From: Mycobacterium tuberculosis H37Rv
GTDB taxonomy: Bacteria > Actinomycetota > Actinomycetes > Mycobacteriales > Mycobacteriaceae
Reading direction: 5' to 3'
DNA: 32,000 nucleotides
NCBI RefSeq assembly: GCF_000195955.2
Contig: NC_000962.3
Coordinates: 570,001-602,000, forward strand
The notes beneath the pieces are model-generated. The model saw nothing but the letters and a program-made list of their open reading frames with translations, was not told the origin of the DNA and searched no databases. Each line of letters begins with the position of its first letter. The stretch's first letter is position 1. Shown piece by piece: positions 20,083 through 30,440 of the stretch. Both the position numbers and the translations under genes were made by a program.

Positions 20083-20970
20083 ATGCTTTTCGGCATGGCA
20101 AGGATCGCGATTATCGGCGGCGGCAGCATCGGTGAGGCATTGCTGTCGGGTCTGCTGCGGGCGGGCCGGCAGGTCAAAGACCTGGTAGTGGCCGAGCGGA
20201 TGCCCGATCGCGCCAACTACCTGGCGCAGACCTATTCGGTGTTGGTGACGTCGGCGGCCGACGCGGTGGAGAACGCGACGTTCGTCGTCGTCGCGGTCAA
20301 ACCAGCCGACGTCGAGCCGGTGATCGCGGATCTGGCGAACGCGACTGCGGCGGCCGAAAACGACAGTGCTGAGCAGGTGTTCGTCACCGTGGTAGCGGGC
20401 ATCACGATCGCGTATTTCGAATCCAAGCTACCGGCTGGGACGCCAGTGGTGCGTGCGATGCCGAACGCGGCGGCATTGGTGGGAGCGGGGGTTACAGCGC
20501 TGGCCAAAGGCCGCTTTGTCACCCCGCAACAGCTTGAGGAGGTCTCGGCCTTGTTCGACGCGGTCGGCGGCGTGCTGACCGTTCCGGAATCGCAGTTGGA
20601 CGCGGTGACCGCGGTGTCCGGCTCGGGTCCGGCCTATTTCTTTCTGCTGGTCGAGGCCCTGGTGGATGCCGGAGTCGGGGTGGGCTTGAGCCGTCAGGTG
20701 GCCACCGATCTCGCCGCGCAGACAATGGCTGGCTCAGCGGCGATGCTGCTGGAGCGGATGGAGCAAGACCAGGGTGGCGCCAATGGCGAGCTGATGGGGC
20801 TGCGCGTGGACCTTACCGCATCACGGCTGCGCGCCGCGGTTACCTCGCCGGGCGGTACGACCGCCGCTGCGCTGCGGGAACTCGAACGCGGCGGGTTTCG
20901 GATGGCTGTCGACGCGGCGGTTCAAGCCGCCAAAAGCCGCTCTGAGCAGCTCAGAATTACACCGGAATGA
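20083..20970 (+). CDS. proC: Pyrroline-5-carboxylate reductase
   Basis: 295 aa; IAIIGGGSIGEALLSGLLRAG, VVVAVKPADV, VSGSGPAYFFLLVEAL, LRLRAAVTSPGGTTAAAL-type C-terminus. Confidence 0.96.
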   Translation: MLFGMARIAIIGGGSIGEALLSGLLRAGRQVKDLVVAERMPDRANYLAQTYSVLVTSAADAVENATFVVVAVKPADVEPVIADLANATAAAENDSAEQVFVTVVAGITIAYFESKLPAGTPVVRAMPNAAALVGAGVTALAKGRFVTPQQLEEVSALFDAVGGVLTVPESQLDAVTAVSGSGPAYFFLLVEALVDAGVGVGLSRQVATDLAAQTMAGSAAMLLERMEQDQGGANGELMGLRVDLTASRLRAAVTSPGGTTAAALRELERGGFRMAVDAAVQAAKSRSEQLRITPE

Positions 20971-21110
20971 TTCACGAATTTTGAACTGATTATCCCTCAC
21001 CAGTACCAGTAACCCCACTAGTCCCGCTATTCTCCTCTTTGTAAGCGCGTGTGGGTGCCAGCGGAGGGGAAGCCGCTGGGACTGCGCGTGCCTGACACGA
21101 TTGGGTTGCG

Positions 21111-21347
21111 ATGACGTCTACGAACGGGCCATCGGCGCGGGATACCGGTTTTGTTGAGGGCCAGCAGGCCAAGACACAACTTCTCACCGTGGCCGAAGTG
21201 GCGGCCCTGATGCGGGTGTCCAAGATGACGGTGTACCGGCTGGTGCACAATGGCGAACTGCCCGCGGTTCGGGTCGGGCGGTCATTCCGGGTGCATGCCA
21301 AGGCCGTCCACGACATGTTGGAGACTTCGTACTTCGACGCGGGCTAG
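21111..21347 (+). CDS. Small excisionase/MerR-like HTH DNA-binding protein
   Basis: 78 aa; [43 protein letters not shown] (Rv0500A-like). Confidence 0.9.
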
Positions 21348-21474
21348 TTGCCGGCCGCACGCGGCCGGAGTCCGCCTGACCGATCTGGCAATGCTCGGGC
21401 GCTGCCGGTTTGGTGTTCCGTGCGACCGCCCGGGTAGAGTGTCCGGGTCAGATAGCCGTATAGATGGCGGGGTC

Positions 21475-21576
21475 ATGGGTTCAGTAATCAAGAAGCGGCG
21501 CAAGCGCATGTCCAAGAAAAAGCATCGCAAGCTGCTGCGTCGCACCCGGGTGCAGCGCAGGAAACTGGGCAAATAG
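21475..21576 (+). CDS. 33-aa extremely basic AURKAIP1/COX24-type protein, probable ribosomal protein bS22
   Basis: [36 protein letters not shown] at 21475, nested in the 3' end of an unrelated longer open frame (Rv0500B-like). Confidence 0.9.
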
Positions 21577-21653
21577 GTTGCGAGCAGACCCCGCCAGCTC
21601 GACCGTCACGCGCTTGTAACGCCGCCGTTTCGCCTGGCCGTTAGGCTGTCGGA

Positions 21654-22784
21654 GTGAGTTCGTCGAACGGGCGCGGTGGCGCCGGAGGAGTCGGCGGCAG
21701 CAGTGAGCACCCGCAGTACCCCAAAGTTGTGCTGGTGACCGGTGCTTGCCGTTTCCTAGGCGGCTACCTGACCGCACGGCTTGCCCAGAACCCGCTGATC
21801 AACCGGGTCATCGCGGTGGACGCGATCGCGCCGAGCAAGGACATGCTGCGCCGGATGGGCCGAGCCGAATTTGTTCGCGCTGATATCCGAAACCCATTCA
21901 TCGCCAAGGTGATTCGCAATGGCGAGGTGGACACGGTGGTGCACGCCGCGGCGGCCTCGTATGCGCCGCGGTCCGGCGGCAGTGCGGCATTGAAGGAACT
22001 TAACGTGATGGGCGCGATGCAACTGTTCGCCGCCTGCCAAAAGGCGCCCTCGGTCCGCCGGGTCGTGCTGAAGTCGACCTCTGAGGTTTACGGATCGAGC
22101 CCACACGATCCGGTGATGTTCACCGAGGACAGCAGCAGTCGACGTCCTTTCAGCCAAGGTTTCCCTAAGGACAGTCTCGATATCGAGGGCTACGTGCGCG
22201 CGCTGGGCCGACGCCGCCCCGATATTGCAGTGACTATCCTGCGGCTGGCCAACATGATCGGCCCGGCGATGGACACCACGCTTTCACGATATCTGGCCGG
22301 GCCGCTGGTCCCGACGATCTTCGGCCGTGATGCGCGACTGCAGTTGCTGCACGAGCAGGATGCGCTGGGTGCGTTGGAGCGCGCGGCGATGGCCGGCAAG
22401 GCCGGAACGTTCAACATCGGAGCCGACGGCATCCTCATGCTGTCGCAGGCGATCCGGCGGGCCGGGCGAATTCCGGTGCCGGTGCCAGGGTTTGGGGTAT
22501 GGGCTCTGGATTCGCTGAGGCGAGCGAATCACTACACCGAGCTGAATCGTGAGCAATTCGCTTACCTGAGTTATGGCCGGGTTATGGACACCACCAGAAT
22601 GCGCGTCGAACTGGGTTACCAGCCGAAGTGGACGACCGTCGAGGCGTTCGATGACTATTTTCGCGGCCGCGGCCTGACTCCCATTATTGACCCACATCGG
22701 GTACGCTCCTGGGAGGGTCGCGCCGTAGGTTTAGCGCAGCGCTGGGGTAGCCGAAATCCAATTCCATGGAGCGGACTCAGATAG
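21654..22784 (+). CDS. galE2: NAD-dependent epimerase/dehydratase (UDP-glucose 4-epimerase-like)
   Basis: GTG start, 376 aa; VVLVTGACRFLGGYLTARL, DIRNP, VVLKSTSEVYG. Confidence 0.92.
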   Translation: MSSSNGRGGAGGVGGSSEHPQYPKVVLVTGACRFLGGYLTARLAQNPLINRVIAVDAIAPSKDMLRRMGRAEFVRADIRNPFIAKVIRNGEVDTVVHAAAASYAPRSGGSAALKELNVMGAMQLFAACQKAPSVRRVVLKSTSEVYGSSPHDPVMFTEDSSSRRPFSQGFPKDSLDIEGYVRALGRRRPDIAVTILRLANMIGPAMDTTLSRYLAGPLVPTIFGRDARLQLLHEQDALGALERAAMAGKAGTFNIGADGILMLSQAIRRAGRIPVPVPGFGVWALDSLRRANHYTELNREQFAYLSYGRVMDTTRMRVELGYQPKWTTVEAFDDYFRGRGLTPIIDPHRVRSWEGRAVGLAQRWGSRNPIPWSGLR

Positions 22785-22790
22785 GTTTGG

Positions 22791-23867
22791 ATGGGTAACG
22801 TGGCGGGCGAAACCAGAGCGAATGTCATTCCACTGCACACAAATCGGAGCCGGGTAGCGGCGCGCAGGCGTGCCGGTCAACGGGCAGAGTCCCGGCAGCA
22901 TCCGTCGTTGCTGTCCGATCCAAATGACCGGGCGTCGGCCGAGCAGATCGCCGCCGTTGTCCGGGAAATCGACGAACACCGGCGCGCTGCGGGTGCCACG
23001 ACCTCGTCCACCGAGGCCACGCCCAACGACCTTGCGCAACTCGTCGCCGCGGTTGCTGGATTTCTCCGACAGCGCCTGACCGGTGACTACAGCGTCGACG
23101 AATTCGGGTTCGACCCGCACTTCAACAGCGCCATCGTACGACCCTTGCTGCGATTCTTCTTCAAGTCATGGTTTCGGGTCGAAGTCAGTGGTGTCGAGAA
23201 CATCCCGCGCGATGGTGCGGCGCTGGTGGTGGCCAATCACGCAGGTGTGTTGCCGTTTGACGGGTTGATGTTGTCGGTGGCCGTCCACGACGAGCACCCG
23301 GCGCATCGGGATCTGCGGCTGCTTGCCGCCGACATGGTGTTCGACCTCCCCGTGATCGGCGAAGCCGCCCGCAAGGCGGGTCATACCATGGCGTGTACGA
23401 CGGATGCGCACCGGTTGCTTGCCTCCGGCGAACTCACCGCGGTGTTCCCCGAGGGATACAAGGGGCTGGGTAAGCGTTTCGAGGACCGTTACCGGTTACA
23501 GCGGTTTGGTCGCGGCGGCTTCGTATCGGCCGCGCTACGGACCAAGGCGCCGATTGTGCCGTGTTCGATCATCGGCTCCGAAGAGATCTACCCCATGCTG
23601 ACCGATGTCAAGCTGCTGGCTCGGCTGTTCGGCCTGCCGTACTTCCCGATTACGCCGTTGTTCCCGTTGGCTGGACCGGTCGGGCTAGTGCCGTTGCCCT
23701 CGAAATGGCGCATCGCGTTCGGTGAGCCGATCTGCACCGCCGACTACGCCTCCACCGACGCCGACGACCCGATGGTGACGTTCGAGTTGACCGATCAGGT
23801 GCGCGAGACGATCCAGCAGACGCTATACCGACTGCTTGCCGGCCGTCGCAACATCTTTTTCGGCTGA
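22791..23867 (+). CDS. PlsC-like phospholipid/glycerol acyltransferase
   Basis: 358 aa; DGAALVVANHAGVLPFDGLML, AVFPEGYKGLGK, PCSIIGSEEIYP (Rv0502-like). Confidence 0.88.
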   Translation: MGNVAGETRANVIPLHTNRSRVAARRRAGQRAESRQHPSLLSDPNDRASAEQIAAVVREIDEHRRAAGATTSSTEATPNDLAQLVAAVAGFLRQRLTGDYSVDEFGFDPHFNSAIVRPLLRFFFKSWFRVEVSGVENIPRDGAALVVANHAGVLPFDGLMLSVAVHDEHPAHRDLRLLAADMVFDLPVIGEAARKAGHTMACTTDAHRLLASGELTAVFPEGYKGLGKRFEDRYRLQRFGRGGFVSAALRTKAPIVPCSIIGSEEIYPMLTDVKLLARLFGLPYFPITPLFPLAGPVGLVPLPSKWRIAFGEPICTADYASTDADDPMVTFELTDQVRETIQQTLYRLLAGRRNIFFG

Positions 23868-23870
23868 CCC

Positions 23871-24779
23871 TTATTTGACCAGAGTGAACTGGCAGACGTC
23901 CGTGTACTTGTCGCGGAACAGGTCTGAGCAGCCACGTAGGTAGTGCATGTAGATGTCGTACGTCTCCTGGCCCTTGAGGGCGATCGCCTCATCTTTGTGC
24001 GCCTGTAGCGCATCCGCCCAGGCGTTCAGGGTCGGCACGTAGTTGGCCCCGATCCGGTGGTAGCGCTCGACCTTCCATCCGGCGTTGGAGGAGTAATAGT
24101 CCACCTGCGAGATCCTGGGCAGCCGCCCGCCCGGGAAGATCTCGGTCAGGATGAACTTGATGAAGCGCAGCAGGCTCATCGGAGACGTCAAGCCCAGCTC
24201 CTGGGCTTCCTCTTTGTCCGGGATAGTGATGGTGTGCAGCAGCATCCGGCCGTCGTCGGGCGTCAAATTGTAGAACTTCTTGAAGAAGGTGTCGTAGCGC
24301 TCGAACCCGGCGTCCCCGGCACCGTCGGCGAAATGCTCAAACGCACCGAGTGACACGATGCGGTCGACCGGCTCGTCGAACTCCTCCCAGCCCTGGATTC
24401 GCACCTCTTTTCGGCGGGGGCTGTCGACCTCATCGAACATCGCCTTGTCGTGGGCGTACTGGTTTTCGCTCAGGGTCAAGCCGATGACGTTGACGTCGTA
24501 CTCGGCGACCGCGTGTCGCATGGTGGAACCCCAGCCGCAGCCGATGTCGAGCAGCGTCATGCCGGGCTCAAGGTTCAGCTTGTCCAGTGCCAGCTTGCGC
24601 TTCGCGTACTGCGCCTCTTCCAGCGTCATATCGGGACGTTCGAAGTAGGCGCAGCTGTACGTCATCGATGGGTCAAGCCAGAGCTTGAAGAACTCGTTCG
24701 ATTTGTCGTAGTGGGATCGAACTGCTTCGACCGGCGGCTTGAGCTGCGTGCCGCTTGTCGTGTCGCCCTGTGACGTCAT
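23871..24779 (-). CDS. cmaA2: Cyclopropane mycolic acid synthase
   Basis: 302 aa from MTSQGDTT; [50 protein letters not shown]; C-terminus FTLVK. Confidence 0.95.
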
Positions 24780-24801
24780 TGAACGGACCCTACTTTCCCC
24801 A

Positions 24802-25302
24802 CTAGATCGATGCAATCGCCGCCACCGTTGCATCGGCATCGGCTTCGTGGTGGGCCGCTTCTCCCAACATGGTGACGACACTGGTGACCACAGGCTTTCC
24901 TTCGGCGTCGGTAACTTCGCTTCGGATCTCGGCGAGCACCGTGCCGTGGGATTCGATGACGGAGTCAAGATAGGTGTCGAAGTACAGCTTGTCGTTGGCC
25001 AGGATCGGCCGGTGGAAGCGGAACTTCTGGTCGCGATGAAAGACCCGGGCGATGTTGATCGGGATATTGAACTTGGTGAAGATCTCCAGCTGCACGCGCC
25101 GGCCGGCGATCGCCAGGAAGGTCAGCGGGGCTACCAGCGCGGGGTAACCGGCCGCTGCGGCATCCGGCTCGCTGTAGTGGGTCGGGTGGTCGTCTTTGAC
25201 CGCGACCGCGAACTCGCGGATCTTCTCGCGCCCCACCAGAAAGTGGTCCGGCGCCCGATAATGCTTGCCGATCAGTGTCTGGGCTTCTTCGGGAACTGTC
25301 AT
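24802..25302 (-). CDS. MaoC/HadA-like (R)-specific dehydratase, FAS1-like dehydratase domain
   Basis: 166 aa; [46 protein letters not shown] (Rv0504c-like). Confidence 0.88.
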
Positions 25303-25335
25303 GCCGCTGCCGCCCTCCGCTCGAATAGTTGCTAA

Positions 25336-25449
25336 GCCCTATTGCCCGGCTCCTCCTCGCCCCGCTGCGCGGGTCGCATCGTCGCCAGGCTGGGCCCTAT
25401 TGCCCGGCTCCTCCTCGCCCCGCTGCGCGGGCCGCATCGTCGCCAGGCT
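25336..25449 (-). repeat. 58-bp tandem duplication (two copies, second 56 bp of 58), ETR-C/MIRU-like, minus orientation
   Basis: gccctattgcccggctcctcctcgccccgctgcgcggg(t/c)cgcatcgtcgccaggct at 25336 and 25394, one mismatch. Confidence 0.93.
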
Positions 25450-25463
25450 AACGGCGCAGCTTA

Positions 25464-26585
25464 TCAGCGTGATTGGCGTCTAGAGGCTAGAGCCGCCAAC
25501 GCGCCGCCGGCCGCACCCAGCGCCAGGGCCGACGGAACCCCGATCCGAGCGGCCTTGCGGGCGATTCGGAAATCACGGATCTCCCACCCCCGTTCCCGGG
25601 CCAGGCTGCGCAGGCGGGCGTCGGGGTTGATGGCGACCGCGGTGCCCACCAGCGACAGCATCGGGACGTCGTTGTAGCTGTCGGAGTAGGCGGTGCAGCG
25701 TTTGAGATTGAGTCCCTCCCGGATGGCCAGCGACCGCACCGCGTGTGCCTTGCCGGTGCCGTGCAGGATCTCGCCGACCAGTCTGCCGGTGAATATCCCG
25801 TCGACCGACTCGGCGACGGTGCCCAGGGCGCCGGTTAGGCCGAGCCGGCGGGCGATGGTGGCCGCGAGTTCGTATGGGGTAGCGGTGATCAGCCATACCT
25901 GCTGGCCGGCGTCCAGGTGCATCTGGGTGAGTTCGCGGGTGCCGTCCCAGATCTTGTCGGCGATGATCTCGTCGTAAATCTCCTCTCCCAAGGCCACCAA
26001 CTCCGCGACGGATCGGCCCTCGATGAACGCGAGCGCCTTGCGCCGGCCAGCGGCGACGTCGTTGCTGTTCTCCTTGCCAAGTAGCTGGAACTTGGCCTGA
26101 GCGTAAAGAAATCCGAGGACGTCGCGGTAGGTGAAGTAGTGGCGAGCGGCTAGCCCGCGGCCGAAGTGCACCGCCGACGAGCCCTGAACCAAGGTGTTGT
26201 CCACGTCGAAGAAGGCGGCTGCGGTCAGGTCGATCGGCGGCTGCCGATCGCTGCCGGCGGCGGCGACGGGGGCCGGCATGTCCACCGGCGAGTGGCTGGC
26301 GCTGGCATCGGGTGGCGGCGGGTCGGCCGGCGAAGCCAGGTCGACGTGACCGGCCTGGTCTGGGCTACCCAGGTGGGAGGAAACCATCATTACTCCTAAT
26401 CGCGGTGCCTGCCCGGTGGCCGATGCTGCGGCCGTTATCAACCCTATCCGGCAAATGCGCGGCGGAGCTCTTGGCTGGCGCGGATTGATCTGCAAGCCCA
26501 GCGCGGTATCGAAATTCGCGAGGCCGCAGCGACTTTCGTCGTGAACACGACCCGCAGCGGTTCGGGGCCAACATGTCAGCCCCAT
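25464..26585 (-). CDS. serB1: HAD-family phosphoserine phosphatase-like
   Basis: 373 aa; [47 protein letters not shown]. The N-terminal start is uncertain because the first ~100 aa are low complexity. Confidence 0.9.
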
Positions 26586-26641
26586 ACCGGTACGCGCAAA
26601 GCTGGGTACGTGAAATCCTGAATTCTTCAGCCTGTCAACGG

Positions 26642-26655
26642 TAGCGTCTACGCTA
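26642..26655. promoter_or_regulatory. Perfect palindrome TAGCGT-CT-ACGCTA upstream of mmpS2
   Basis: 6-bp perfect arms, 2-bp spacer, about 104 bp before the mmpS2 start. Confidence 0.4.
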
Positions 26656-26758
26656 GCTAACGCAACGAGACATCCGATTACTACGCACGTTAGGACATTT
26701 CAGGAGGTATCGGGAGGCCTAAGGGTCACTAGGTCCGCGCGATGGGCGGAACACGAGG

Positions 26759-27202
26759 GTGAGGATGATTTCGGTTAGCGGCGCCGTGAAACGCATGTGG
26801 TTGCTGCTGGCCATCGTCGTGGTGGCCGTTGTCGGGGGGCTTGGTATCTATCGGCTGCACAGCATCTTCGGTGTTCACGAGCAACCCACTGTCATGGTCA
26901 AGCCTGATTTCGACGTCCCGCTGTTCAACCCCAAGCGGGTGACCTACGAAGTCTTTGGCCCCGCCAAGACCGCAAAGATCGCCTACCTGGACCCTGATGC
27001 CCGGGTGCATCGACTCGATAGCGTGTCCCTGCCGTGGTCCGTCACGGTCGAGACGACGCTGCCCGCGGTCAGCGTCAACCTCATGGCGCAGAGTAACGCC
27101 GACGTGATCAGCTGCCGGATCATCGTCAACGGCGCCGTTAAGGACGAAAGGTCTGAGACCTCGCCGCGAGCGCTAACCTCCTGCCAGGTGTCATCCGGAT
27201 GA
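26759..27202 (+). CDS. mmpS2: MmpS-family membrane protein
   Basis: GTG start, 147 aa; one N-terminal [31 protein letters not shown]; ATGA overlap with mmpL2. Confidence 0.94.
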
Positions 27203-30105
27203 GCGAAAGACACGCCGCACTGACGTCACTGCCGCCCATTCTGCCGCGGCTGATCCGCCGGTTTGCGGTGGTGATCGTCCTGCTCTGGCTGGGCTTCACC
27301 GCCTTTGTCAATCTCGCCGTACCGCAACTGGAAGTGGTCGGAAAAGCACACTCGGTATCGATGAGCCCCAGCGACGCCGCATCGATTCAGGCGATCAAGC
27401 GCGTTGGTCAGGTGTTCGGTGAGTTTGATTCCGATAACGCGGTAACGATCGTGCTGGAAGGCGACCAGCCACTCGGTGGGGACGCGCACCGGTTCTATAG
27501 CGATCTGATGCGGAAGCTTTCCGCCGATACCCGCCATGTCGCGCACATCCAGGACTTCTGGGGGGATCCGCTGACAGCGGCGGGATCCCAAAGTGCGGAT
27601 GATCGGGCCGCCTACGTCGTGGTGTACCTCGTCGGTAACAACGAAACCGAAGCGTATGACTCGGTCCACGCGGTGCGGCACATGGTGGACACCACACCGC
27701 CACCGCACGGGGTGAAGGCCTATGTCACCGGTCCGGCAGCACTCAATGCCGACCAGGCCGAGGCCGGAGACAAAAGTATCGCTAAGGTCACCGCGATCAC
27801 GAGCATGGTGATCGCAGCAATGTTGCTAGTGATCTATCGCTCCGTAATTACCGCGGTTCTCGTCTTGATCATGGTCGGCATCGACCTCGGCGCAATCCGC
27901 GGATTCATCGCCTTGCTCGCCGACCACAACATTTTCAGCCTTTCAACATTTGCGACCAACCTGCTCGTTCTCATGGCGATTGCGGCGAGCACGGACTACG
28001 CGATATTCATGCTCGGCCGTTACCACGAATCGCGCTACGCCGGCGAGGATCGGGAAACGGCCTTCTACACGATGTTTCACGGGACCGCCCACGTGATCTT
28101 GGGTTCGGGTTTGACCATTGCCGGCGCCATGTATTGCCTCAGCTTTGCCCGGCTTCCGTATTTTGAAACGCTCGGCGCGCCCATTGCTATCGGCATGCTG
28201 GTCGCGGTCTTGGCGGCGCTCACGCTCGGCCCGGCCGTACTGACCGTGGGCAGCTTCTTCAAGCTGTTCGATCCCAAGCGGCGGATGAACACTCGGCGGT
28301 GGCGCCGGGTGGGAACGGCAATTGTGCGTTGGCCGGGGCCGGTGCTCGCGGCGACATGCTTGGTCGCCTCCATTGGCTTGCTGGCCTTGCCCAGTTACCG
28401 GACAACGTATGATCTGCGCAAGTTCATGCCCGCCAGCATGCCGTCCAATGTGGGGGATGCGGCGGCTGGTCGACGCTTTTCACGGGCTCGGCTGAACCCT
28501 GAGGTGCTGTTGATCGAGACTGACCACGATATGCGTAATCCGGTGGACATGCTGGTGTTGGACAAGGTAGCCAAAAATATCTACCACAGTCCCGGTATTG
28601 AACAAGTGAAAGCGATAACCCGGCCCTTGGGAACAACCATCAAGCACACTTCGATACCGTTCATCATCAGCATGCAGGGCGTGAATAGTAGCGAGCAAAT
28701 GGAATTCATGAAGGACCGAATTGATGACATACTGGTGCAGGTGGCCGCGATGAATACCTCCATCGAGACGATGCATCGCATGTATGCACTCATGGGCGAG
28801 GTCATTGACAACACCGTCGACATGGATCATCTCACGCATGATATGTCGGACATAACGGCTACGCTAAGAGATCATCTCGCGGATTTCGAGGATTTCTTCC
28901 GGCCTATTCGCAGCTACTTCTACTGGGAAAAACATTGTTTCGACGTTCCGCTCTGCTGGTCGATAAGATCGATATTCGATATGTTTGACAGTGTGGACCA
29001 GCTGAGCGAAAAGCTCGAGTACCTGGTCAAGGATATGGATATTCTGATTACACTGTTGCCGCAGATGCGCGCGCAGATGCCGCCGATGATATCTGCGATG
29101 ACGACGATGCGGGACATGATGCTTATCTGGCATGGCACGCTTGGCGCGTTCTATAAGCAACAGGAGAGGAATAACAAGGACCCCGGCGCGATGGGCCGGG
29201 TTTTTGACGCCGCCCAGATCGATGATTCGTTCTATCTGCCGCAGTCGGCTTTTGAGAATCCGGATTTCAAGCGGGGGCTGAAGATGTTTTTGTCTCCGGA
29301 CGGCAAGGCAGCCCGCTTTGTCATTGCTCTGGAGGGAGATCCCGCAACGCCCGAGGGCATCTCTCGGGTCGAGCCGATCAAGCGGGAGGCTAGAGAGGCC
29401 ATAAAGGGAACTCCATTGCAGGGCGCTGCGATCTATCTGGGTGGCACCGCGGCGACGTTCAAGGATATTCGAGAGGGCGCCAGATACGATCTGCTGATCG
29501 CCGGAGTGGCGGCGATAAGCTTGATTTTGATCATCATGATGATCATCACCCGAAGTGTGGTAGCCGCAGTGGTTATCGTGGGTACCGTCGTGCTTTCCAT
29601 GGGCGCCTCTTTCGGGCTTTCCGTATTGGTCTGGCAGGACATTCTGGGTATCGAGTTGTACTGGATGGTGTTGGCGATGTCGGTGATCCTGCTCCTGGCG
29701 GTGGGATCCGACTACAATCTGCTGCTGATTTCCCGGTTGAAAGAGGAAATTGGGGCCGGATTGAACACCGGAATTATCCGTGCCATGGCTGGTACCGGGG
29801 GAGTGGTGACGGCTGCCGGCATGGTGTTCGCCGTTACCATGTCGTTGTTTGTGTTCAGCGATTTGCGAATTATTGGTCAGATCGGTACCACCATCGGCCT
29901 GGGCTTGCTGTTCGACACCCTCGTCGTGCGCTCGTTCATGACACCGTCCATTGCTGCGCTGCTGGGACGCTGGTTCTGGTGGCCGCTACGGGTGCGCCCG
30001 CGCCCGGCCAGTCAGATGCTTCGGCCGTTCGCGCCGCGCCGATTGGTTCGCGCCTTGTTGCTGCCGTCCGGCCAGCACCCGTCAGCGACTGGCGCCCATG
30101 AGTAG
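27199..30105 (+). CDS. mmpL2: MmpL-family RND lipid transporter
   Basis: 968 aa; paired RND domains; [58 protein letters not shown]. Confidence 0.96.
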
Positions 30106-30391
30106 GCCCCAGGTGGAGCTTTTGACTCGCGCCGGGTGCGCGATCTGCGTGCGGGTAGCGGAGCAGCTGGCCGAACTGTCCAGCGAACTGGGCTTCGACA
30201 TGATGACGATCGACGTCGATGTCGCGGCGTCGACGGGCAATCCAGGGCTGCGAGCTGAGTTTGGCGATCGGTTGCCGGTGGTCCTGCTGGACGGCCGCGA
30301 GCACAGCTACTGGGAGGTCGACGAGCACCGGCTGCGTGCGGATATAGCCCGCAGCACATTTGGTAGCCCACCTGATAAACGTCTACCGTAG
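30098..30391 (+). CDS. Glutaredoxin-like (DUF836) small protein
   Basis: 97 aa from ATG 30098 ([33 protein letters not shown]...), 8-bp overlap with the mmpL2 end (Rv0508-like). Confidence 0.85.
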
Positions 30392-30440
30392 ACACCAGTT
30401 TTACTGGGGTAGTCGAGGGAGCTGGCCAGGTGGTGCTGCC

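Noticed and set aside
21111-21347. Excisionase-like HTH gene considered as a marker of a mobile element
   Set aside because: No integrase, att-like repeats or other phage genes nearby; it sits in a housekeeping context with a ribosomal-type protein and galE2, so it is more likely a resident small DNA-binding protein.
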